This document shows, one piece after another, positions 53,708 to 64,000 of a stretch of 64,000 nucleotides of DNA. Made by a program: the position numbers and the translations under genes. Position 1 is the first letter of the stretch; every line of letters starts with the position of its first letter. The notes under the pieces are model-generated. The model was not told the origin of the DNA and did no database searches. It saw only the letters and a program-made list of their open reading frames with translations. The DNA comes from Octopus vulgaris (Eukaryota). The DNA is taken from positions 9,300,001 to 9,364,000 of the forward strand of contig OX597839.1 in the NCBI GenBank assembly GCA_951406725.2, in the 5' to 3' direction.

Positions 53708-53924
53708 TATATATATATAATATCTGAAAAATTAGGAGAAAAAAACGAAAAAAAATGCAAGAGAAAAAGACTCTGAAAGAATGATTTGTATATATAATAA
53801 AATCTTTAAAGAGCAATGGGAAGAGATGTTTGCAAACGTCTGAGTTTCCTTCTCTGTGTTGTCAAATATTTCCAAAACTATCCACAGAAACAGAATGTTC
53901 ATATAAAATGAGTCACTCTCTCTC

Positions 53925-53959
<35 letters not shown>

Positions 53960-53962
<3 letters not shown>

Positions 53963-54225
53963 GACAATATGGTGAAGGAACATATATTGAAGCTGAGAGA
54001 CATCTTAACCAGACATATTCAAAGAAATACTAGTCAATGATCAGAAGACAGAGACTCACAACACAGAGGACAAGTGGGAGTTTCTAAGAGATAATTTTCT
54101 GCAAGCAACAGACCAGATCCATGGCTGGTATAAGATAGAAGTTGACTTGGTGGTGGGATGCTACCATAGATCCATAGATATAGCTATGAATGCAAAGCAA
54201 CAAGCCTGAAAGAATTGGAAGAAAT
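53960..54225 (+). mobile_element. RTE LINE internal fragment
   Basis: EDKWEFLRDNFLQATDQIHGW..TWWWD..AMNAKQQA resembles the RTE EN-RT linker (TWWWN). Confidence 0.65.
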
Positions 54226-54354
54226 AGAGAGCAAAGACCAATATGAAACAGATAGATGAGTTGCTAGATATCAGATATACTTAACAAGCAAAGAAAGTAT
54301 GAAGTTTGCAAATGTTCATTGATATATACATAACATATATATACATATTTTGTT

Positions 54355-54544
54355 TTTATTTATATTAAGGGCTTTACTATACATAAATGCCTTACACTAG
54401 GAGGGACTCTTAAAGTTGAAACTACCATAATAAACACATTGTACCGAAGGCGAGAGACAATGAGTTTATTATGGTAGTATTGACTTTAAGAGTCTCTCCT
54501 AGCGTGAGGCATTTATGTATAGTAATGCCCTTAATATAAATAAA
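54355..54544. repeat. Long inverted repeat (88-bp arms, 14-nt loop)
   Basis: 54355-54442 pairs with 54457-54544 with few mismatches. Confidence 0.92.
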
Positions 54545-54644
54545 TATATTTAAAGGGAATAATTAATAAATTGTTCCCTTATGAGGTTTTTCACGCTAAC
54601 TACTTGATAAATTCTTATAAAGATTTTATCCTATTTTTAAATTG

Positions 54645-54677
<33 letters not shown>

Positions 54678-55092
54678 CTGCACATGTGGTTGTGTGATAA
54701 GAAGCTTGGTTCCCAATCACACAGTTCTGGGTGCAGTCCCACTGCATGGCACCTTCTACTATAGCCTTGAGCTGACCAAAGCCTTGTGAGTGGATTTGCT
54801 AGACAGAAATTGAAAGAAGCCTGTTGCATATATACGTTTTGTTCTATCTTGCCACCCAGTCAGTTAAGATTTTTCCATTTCCTTTTTCCTTGCGCTAGCT
54901 TGCTATACTCGTCTGATAGCCGAAAGACCCTGTTTGTTTTGTTATATTTTTGTTGTAATTGTATAATTATTTTCCTATCATTGCATAGCCGAAAGGCTTT
55001 TGTCCATTGTATATGTATAATTCTATTTCTTATGTTATGTTCGTCCGATAGTCAAAAGATCTTTTCTGTTTGTTACTTCTTCCTGTTTGTAT

Positions 55093-55294
55093 ACTCTTTT
55101 ACTCTTTTACTTGTTACAGTCATTTGACTGCGGCCATGCTGGAGCACCGCCTTTAGTCGAGCAAATTGACCCCGAGACTTATTCTTTGTAAGCCCAGTAC
55201 TTATTCTATCGGTCTCTTTGGCCGAACCGTTAAGTGACGGGGACGTAAACACACCAGCATCGGTTGTCAAGCAATGCTAGGGGGACAAACACAA

Positions 55295-55329
<35 letters not shown>

Positions 55330-55498
55330 CATATATACGACAGGCTTCTTTCAGTTTCCATCTACCAAATCCACTCACAAGGCATTGGTCGGCCCGGGGC
55401 TATAGCAGAAGACACTTGCCCAAGATGCCACGCAGTGGGACTGAACCCGGAACCATGTGGTTGGTTAGCAAGCTACTTACCACACAGCCACTCCTGCG
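55093..55498 (-). mobile_element. SINE-1 full-length
   Basis: Reverse copy. Confidence 0.92.
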
Positions 55499-56389
55499 CG
55501 TACATTCATTTCCTTGCCCAGGGGCTTAATGCTGTTAGCTTAAGCCCTTCGCCCAACCAGTTTCAAGTAGTATCGGAGAGGACTGGATGAAACTCCATAG
55601 ACATTCCAGACTCTGACTGAAGAGGCAATTGGCTGTGAATGATCCATGTAGCTTGTTTTGTCTTCTTTGCTACTTACCACACAGCCACTCCTGTGCCTAT
55701 ATGCAGACAAATACACACACATGTATACAGATATCTCTGTCATATTTAAATCAGTAACCATTTCTGATTAACAACAATGTTTTGATGATTTGAGCATACA
55801 TCACTTCTAAATTATTTTAAATTATGTATCTTAGTTACCTAATTATAGAAATAATGATATTTACAACTAATTAAACAGCTGTTGCGCACAATTAAATTAT
55901 GAACTATATGTGAAATTAATGGTTTTTCTGCCTTATATTCTATATGTGTTGGTCTAGACATTCGTTTCAGCTAATTATGTATATAGATCCACGTTAGTTC
56001 CATCCGGATTTACTGCAATGTAATAATGCATTGGTGTTTAATAACCTGTTATTAATTGAGCTCTGAATTAGATATATTTTTCTTAATGTTTATACATTTC
56101 TCTCTTTTTCTCTCTTCCTCTCCCTCTTTCTCTCTCTCTTTCTCTTTTTCAGTGAGTGCAGTGTTTTTCTAATAAAGGCACAGTAATATGCAATGGGAGC
56201 GATGGGTGTAAAAGCAACGATATAGGCGTGGGAGTGGCTGTATGGTAAGTAGCTTGTTCACCAACCACATGGTTCCGGGTTCAGTCCCACTGCATGGCAC
56301 CTTGGGCAAGAGTCTTCTACTATAGCCTTGGGCCAACCAAAGCTTTGTGAGTGGATTTGGTAGACGGAAACTGAAAGAAGCCCGTCATA

Positions 56390-56463
<74 letters not shown>

Positions 56464-57488
56464 CTAGCATTAAAGACCCGTTGTTGCCGGGTCATAGTGC
56501 TAGTGCATGTATATATGTGTATATATATATGTGTACATATTACATGTACATCTATGTATATACATCAACACATAAAATACAAAATACAAAGTTATATCTT
56601 GATATCGCTAGTGATAACAATACTCAAAATATATAACAGACTGGAATTGTTAACCCGTCTCTTGTAATTTTGATCAATTGGATCTTGTCCTCCCTCTTGT
56701 ATAGAAGTGTGGCTACAATCCAGCCTACCTCTACTTCTGAGGCGGGGGAGCATTTTTAATTTTTTTCCAGGACGTCCTACATCCCAGATATAAAGGTAAA
56801 AATAAAATATTTCCACTTTGCAAGTTCGAGTCAAGTACTCCCTTGCACGCTCCGTTGACTCGAACCTTGCTGCTATTGTGGCGAATTTACCGCCTCTGAT
56901 TAGATGTCTTTCATAGTCGCACCAAGACACTTTTCGAAAGTGCTTTCCTCCATGTGTTTTTCTCAACATTGTATACTTTATAGACAATAGTCTTTTCTTT
57001 AATTTAATTTTTTATTATCCATCTGGACTATTCCATTTCTGCACGCTAATTTTATTTTTAATTTATTCTCATTCATGTGAAACCACTTATTTAAGTTCAA
57101 GTCATTGATGCAATTTTATACCAATTGCTATTTTTTTTTTTTTATGTTACGATTATATTATACTTTAGTTTGATTTTAATTATTACTTACTACATATAAA
57201 TCAATTGTTATTATTATTTTTATTGTTAAAGTGAAAGTATCTGACATAAAATAGAGAAATGTTTTTGTTTCACTTTTAACACGTAATACTGAAATAGTGG
57301 AGAAGATATGATATTGCTATGGGCTCGCTCTAGGCAAGAAGTTGAACATTTTTTGCCCATGAAACTACATGGACCCTAAGTAAGGCATGTGTAAAATTTG
57401 AATGAAATTGGTTGTGTAGTTCTCAAATTTTAGGGAAACACACAGACAGACAGACAGACACACATTCTCAGTTTTATATATATAAAGA
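56464..57488 (-). mobile_element. Non-autonomous Helitron inserted in the (TA)n tract of SINE-1 (56223-57728)
   Basis: On the minus strand: A|TC 5' end, (ctgt)n near the 5' end, 3' hairpin gacccg-gcaacaa-cgggtc followed by CTAG|T; no TSD. Confidence 0.85.
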
Positions 57489-58164
57489 TATATGTATGCA
57501 TGTATGTGTGTGTATATGTTTGTGTGTCGGTGTTTGTTCCCTCAACATCGCTTGACAACTGATGCTGGTATGTTTATCTCCCTGTAACTTAGCAGTTTCG
57601 CAAAAGAGACTGATAGAATAAGTACTAGGCTTACAAAGAATAAGTCCTGGGGTCGATTTGCTCGATTAAAGACGGTGCTCTAGCATGGCCACAGTCAAAT
57701 GACTGAATCAAGTAAAAGAGTAAAGAGTAATATAATGGGTTATCTAGTTAAAGTTTCATTTGTGAAATACTGTTGTTTTGAATCTGCTGCAGAAAGTGGT
57801 CAACATTTGTGGTGGTGAGTGGAGGGGGCGCTAAGAATGTGGCCCAAGTGCCAAGAGGGTAGCAACCCAAAATTGTTTGGGAACCACTGCTCTATGTAGT
57901 TGCTTAACCTCCTAGAAATAGCAGGCAAATTTCCCTCAAATTACACTATGCTGTCTTGCAAGCAGAAGAGTACACTGGATTAATATACCCCCAGATACAC
58001 AAAAAGATGTCATGATCATGACTGGGATGTTTTTGATCATAAATTTGCTCGATTTAAGCAGTCTTGTGGTTAAAGAACATATTCCGAAATATTCTAAGCC
58101 TGACCACAAGAACATAAGTTCTTGAACATAGACCAATGCAATTAGTCTGTGTGGCTCTCTGAAT

Positions 58165-58950
58165 GTTAGGCCTCAGCCTCATGAAGGTAATGACAAGTGA
58201 CTGAGACCTTTGGCGATATACTGTGCTTGAGAAGACCCATCAAGCCAAGGCAAAATCATAGTCATGGGCGATGCCGGTGTCGCATAACCGGTCCATTAAA
58301 AACACCCTTCAAACGCTGAGCGATATGCTGTGCTTGTGAAGACCTGTCAAGTCAAGTGAAATTGTAGTCATGGTCAATGCCAGTGCTATCTGACTGGTAC
58401 CCATGCCAGTGGCACATAAAATTCACCATTCAAGTATTGGGCCTCATGGAGGCAATGACTGGTGACCAAGACCTTTGGCGATATACTGGGCTTATGTAGA
58501 CCTGTCAAAAGCCAAGTGAGACTGTAGTCATGGCTGATGTTAGTATCAGGTCAATGGCACCTGCACTAGTGGCACCCTCGGGGTGATTGGCATTAGGAAG
58601 GGCATCCAGCCATAGAAACCTTGCTAAATCAGATCAGAACCTGGTGCAGCTCCCCAGCTTACCAGTTTTCAGTCAGACCATCCAACCCATGCCAGCATGG
58701 AAAACAGACATTAACCCTTTAGCATTCAGATTACTCTGTTTAATCACATTGTTTAAAATTAATTGTAAAGCATCTTGTAACTCTGAGATTTTGATGATGT
58801 CCCTGTTTATTTTTAGAATGACTTTGTAGGGTAGGTGTGAGAGGTCAGAGCTGGCTGGTTTGAGCATAAAACAGGAAGACGATTTTGGCCTGATATGGCC
58901 AGTTTAAACACTAAAGGGTTAAATGATGATGATGATGATGATGATGATGT
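58165..58950 (+). mobile_element. RTE 3' end with triplicated terminal coding block and nested MITE A (58711-58922)
   Basis: gacctttggcgatat(a/g)ctgtgcttgagaagacc (DLWRYxVLEKT) three times, then the R3 UTR and (GAT)n tail. Confidence 0.75.
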
Positions 58951-60539
58951 TAAGTAGAGATACTAAATTACAGATTAACAGTGGGACTGAACCCGGAACC
59001 ATGTGGTTGGGAATCAAACTTCTTACCATACAGCCACACCTATGATCATATCTTCTCAATAAGGGCCAATCTGAAGGTTAAAAGTTAACTCATCTACAAT
59101 AGCAAAGAGAACAGAAATGCTTATAACATGTTCTTCTCTTTGTAAAATACTTCTTTCCAATATGAACTTCTGGTTTTCTGTAAACAACTGAGAGTAATTG
59201 TTTTGTTGATTTTTCTAAGACTTCCATGTGAATTTGTGAAACAGAAAGTAAAGGGATTTGTTAAAGACGTTTTATTAAGAGTTATATAAAGGGATACGCT
59301 TTTAATCTCTTAAACTTAACTGGCATGGTTATTAATTTCCTGAATATCTAACATCTTTACAACAGAAACCATAAAAAGCAAGCTACTGAAGTATATGTGT
59401 ATGCTAAGATGTTTGTTTTGTTTTCGCAAAAGGCAAAAAATGATATGATGCTTATGTTCACATACATATCAAAGGTTATATAGAAAAGCAGATTTTCATC
59501 ATCATCACCATCTCTCTTCCTCTCTTTCTCTCTCTCTCTCTCTCGATTTTTGAAAATGAAAAGTGACTCAAAGAGGGACTGTGAAAACAAAATATGAAAA
59601 AAACAACAGAAAGAAAATACAAAAACATGGAATGGCATTGCTTCATTGCTTTTACCCTGGTCTAGTTTTTCATGAAACTTACACTTAACCATTAGATTAT
59701 ATGGGAGATCTAATATCTGTACTCTTTAGATATTAAAGTACTTATGCAAGCAAACATCCAGTGTGTGCTAGCAGCTGTTTATTTGTAAAAAAAATAGCTG
59801 GTTACTTTATATATCTTGATAGGGCCAAGTAAACTAATTCACTTTCAACAATACAAGAAGATAAACAACTTCCATAATTAAGGTTAATTATATTCGTGTG
59901 TGTAAGTGTATAATAGATATAGATACACACACACACACACAATGCAGAAACAAAACAAAAATGAACACAAGGCATGGCTGTGGGGTAAGAGGTTTGTTTC
60001 CCAACCACATGGTTCCTAGTTCTGTCCCACTGCGTGGCACCTTGGGCAAGTGCTTTCAACTATAGCTTGTGGGTGGATTTGGTATGTTGTTGCCTGGGTA
60101 CATGCGTGTGTGTATGCAAACAACTACATGTATATGTATGAAGCAATGTTACATGTATATTCTGTGTGTTTATAAGTGTATACATGTGTATATGTGCATG
60201 GAGCTATCAGATGTGTGTGTGTGTGCATGAGTGAAAATGCATGTGTGAGTATGAAGCTATTGTGTGTGTGTGTGTGTATGTGTATACTGTGTATACTTAG
60301 CATGTATATGTATGTGTGTGTATGTATTTGTGTGCAATCTTATTTTGTTAATATGTGTATGAGGCTATACATTCGTTGCTTTCTTCCAAGGAATCTAATG
60401 CTCTTAGCTTAGTTTTTCCTTGAGGCTGGCCAGATTGGAGCAATCTTGAGTATAACCAGCTGAAATTGCAAAGATTATCTGGAACTCGACTGAGGAAAGG
60501 AAACTCCAAATGACCCAGCTTTGTTTTCCTTGTATTTTT

Positions 60540-60574
<35 letters not shown>

Positions 60575-60584
60575 TATATATATA

Positions 60585-60616
<32 letters not shown>

Positions 60617-60891
60617 AATCAGCCGAAATTGCAAGGATGATCCCATTCTTGACTGAAGATTGAAGGCTTCGAATGTCTCATCCGTGTTTTTTGTATCGTC
60701 TTCTAAATGTTTTGCATTCTTGTCCCAGTTTGTATTTTTTACATATATATATATATATATACACACACAAACACACATATATATATAGTTGAAAACACTT
60801 GCCCAAGGTGCCATGCAGTGGGACTGAACTAGGAACCATGTGGTTGGGAAACAAACCTCTTACCCCACAGCCATGTCTTGTGTTCATTTTT

Positions 60892-60977
<86 letters not shown>

Positions 60978-61779
60978 CACACAATGAGCTTCATTCAGTT
61001 TCCATCAGCCAAATCCACTCACAAGGATTTGGTCGACCTGAGGCTATAGTGGAAGACACTTGCCCAAGTGCCACATAGTGGGACTGAACCCTGGTACCAC
61101 GTGGTTGGGAAGCAAGCTTCTTCCCACACAGTCAACCCTGCATATATGTTTAATGCATACATTTAGCTTTGTTGTGCAGATACAGCCCTGCAATTAAATT
61201 GAAGTGGGGAACATTTACACAATGAACGAAGGAACAAATTGAACCGTTTGACCTGGTCGTTATTGCCTTATCCGTGTTTGCTTCATATATTTTATAGAAA
61301 GAGAAAGGCAATTACTCACAAATACTTATGAAAAATGCAATGAGCAACAGACATTACTTTTACACATTTGTACTACATATTGCATATCAACTAACAGTGT
61401 ATATTGATTAACTGAAGTACTGGGATACTGTGTTTGCTAGTAAGTTGTAAATAAATTTATATATGTACATTTAATTAAGATAGATTTAGTTTCACTGTGC
61501 AAACAGAAATAGACCTTATGGCTAAATTTGAATAATGAAGCTGAACATATATTTAATAAAATATATGCATGTTACTAACTACTTTTACAAAGTATCCACA
61601 AACATGTTGTCTCAATGTGTGTGTGTATATACACACATACACACACAAACACACACACGCACACACACACAGATACCGGAGTAAGCACTTAAATGTGAAA
61701 CAAGGTGGATAAAAGAGTACACAAATACCAGAGGTAGAGAAATATGCTTTATTTAAAAGCAGCAGAAATATAACAAAAG

Positions 61780-61817
61780 CTGTTACTCAGAGTTTCATGT
61801 TCCCGTTCGTCGGAAGG
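61780..61817 (-). ncRNA. Degenerate minimal hammerhead in a Penelope-like relic
   Basis: Minus strand CCGACGA-acg-ggaa-cat-GAAA-ctc-t-gag-TA-acag. Confidence 0.5.
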
Positions 61818-62660
61818 TTTAGAGATGATATACAGGTATTTTATGAAAACCCCACTAGAATGGGAGAAAGCACTAATACATGATCTAAGTTATATGATGT
61901 ATAAAAACATGTAATATACAAATAAATATCTGTAAATATAAAACCATCCGAATTTCTTAGTACCTCATTTCTTCTAATATATATATATACACGTGTGCAA
62001 GCACGTGTGTGTGTGATCCACTCACAAGGCTTTGGTTGGCCCGAGGACACTTGCCCAAAGCACCACACAGTCGGACTGAACCTGAAACCATGTGGCTAGG
62101 AAGCAAGCTTCTTACCACACAGCCACACCATAATTGTAAAATAAAATTCATATATTATGCCCCATACATGCATATAGTTATAATTACCATTTTGGGCCCT
62201 CTCATTTCATTCAGTATGACAACCAGGTGATATCAAATGAAATTGCACTGTACTTCATGAGGTGTTTATTGATTTATATAAGCTCCATTTGAAGTTGAAT
62301 TTAAAATTTATCTTTTGATTTTGATTTGATATTGGGAAATTCATATTTAGAATCAAGATAACACTGGCAGCTTTCCAATGTCATGAAGACATGGATGAAG
62401 TAGAGAATGTTTTCATAATTTGGCAGCTTTTCTGTGTCATTAATGCCATCCAATCTCTATTCAATTTTGCTTGAAATCACATATATACATACATACATAT
62501 ATATATATATACATATCAAGATTTAATTTATTTCTTAAGCTCTTGTTGATGAGACTGAAAACCATACACACAAACACACACACGCACACACACACACACA
62601 CGCACGCACACGCACACACACACACACGTGCACACACACACACACACACACACACACGTA

Positions 62661-63048
62661 TATATAAGCAATAATTATAATGATATAGAATATGGAGACT
62701 TGAACATCCTCAAAATTTATTTCCTTTTATTTTACAATTCCACATATCATGTTTTTATGGTTGTGATGACCTACACGTGTTTCTAATGAACAGAGTATGA
62801 ACACATGCAACCGGGCATAATTTTCTGTGCAGCATTGTTCAGAGTAGCTGGTGGACTGACCTTGAATGAAGCTACCCAGAAAATTATGCCCAGTTGCATG
62901 TGCAACTGCTCATACTCTGTGCAGTAGAAACATGTGTAGGTCATCATAACTATAAAAATATCATGTATGAAATTGTAAATAAAAGGAAATAAATTTTGAG
63001 GATGTTCAAGTCTCCATATTCTATAGAATTATAATTATTGCTAATATA
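62661..63048. repeat. Fold-back palindrome (about 165-bp arms)
   Basis: 62661-62827 is the reverse complement of 62877-63048 with scattered mismatches. Confidence 0.92.
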
Positions 63049-63233
63049 CACTCCAGATAATATTACCATCCAGAGTCAGAATTTACAGCTTGAGTATAAC
63101 CAACTCAAAAACTTTCATCTTCCAATAAATTGTAAAACATCTTAGATGCATCCCTCACTCCAAACACTTGCATCTTGTGGACTGCATAATTGTGAGAAAG
63201 CATTGATCTCAGTGAGGTGTAAATAATAAAATC

Positions 63234-63845
63234 TATATGGGGTTCTGAAAAGTTCCTGGCTTTGGGTAAAAGAATATAAAGGAGGATCAGTTAATGATTT
63301 TATGTAGGAGTGGCTGTGTGGTAAGTAGCATGTTTACCAACCACATGGTTCCGGGTTCAGCCCCACTGCGTGGCACCTTGGGCAAGTGTCTTCTGCTATA
63401 GCCTCGGGCCGACCAAAGCCTTGTGAGTGGATTTGGTAGACGGAAACTGAAAGAAGCCCGTCGTATATATGTATATATATATATGCGTGAGTGTGTTTAT
63501 GTGTCTGTGTTTGTCCCCCTAGCATTGCTTGACAACCGATGCTGGTGTGTTTGTCCCCATTACTTAGCGGTTTGGCAAAAGAGGCCAATAGAATAAGTAC
63601 TGGGCTTACAAAAGAATAAGTCCCAGGGTCAAGTAGCTCGATTAAAAAAGGCGGTGCTCCAGCATGGCCACAGTCAAATGACTGAAACAAGTAAAAGAGT
63701 AAAAGAGTAACATGTTCACATCTCAGATTCACACACTTATTGCAACGGTCCTTCAGTTTTTCTAAGTCTCGTAAAGAAGTTGGAAGGATAGGTCTCATGC
63801 CAGGCCTTTCATGATACCCTTAAAGCCAGGAACTTTTCAACAGCT
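63234..63845 (-). mobile_element. Mariner-derived MITE split by SINE-1 (63304-63708, +)
   Basis: LEKLKDRCNKCVNLR in the 63334 ORF; TIR-like aaagccaggaacttttc at both ends. Confidence 0.82.
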
Positions 63846-64000
63846 TTGGTCTAGAGCTGAACATGGCAATGATCATTGGCTCATTGTAAATAAAGTTGAA
63901 ATTTAGAAGCAGGAGATATCCTCAGGGCAAGCCATCACCAAGGAAGCTGAAGATGGAGAATCTCATATCATCAGTATTTCAAGTAGACTAAACAATAAAC

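Overview
AT-rich eukaryotic non-coding DNA. It is most consistent with an intron or intergenic region of an octopus (coleoid cephalopod) genome; this is inferred from the repeat families, not proven. No host protein-coding gene, rRNA, bona fide tRNA or CRISPR array can be supported, and nearly all listed ORFs are microsatellite translations or transposon remnants. Repeat content: about 25 copies of a tRNA-derived SINE with an internal (TA)n tract (SINE-1), a second SINE family (SINE-2, Nin/Deu-like), 3' fragments of RTE, CR1 and RLE-type LINEs, TTAA-specific (piggyBac-like) MITEs, mariner-, Tc2-, hAT- and Merlin-like MITEs, and a non-autonomous Helitron. Most notable: a 1.67 kb hierarchical 22/44/132/441-bp satellite with constant/variable alternation (CRISPR-like in look only); several degenerate minimal hammerhead ribozymes, one inside a Penelope-like inverted/direct-repeat structure; near-perfect inverted copies of nearby unique DNA fused to retroelement ends; long fold-back palindromes; a perfect 23-bp hairpin; and reciprocal nesting and chaining of TTAA MITEs. 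I did not find a clearly new biological system. Family names come from remembered motifs and need a Dfam/Repbase check.
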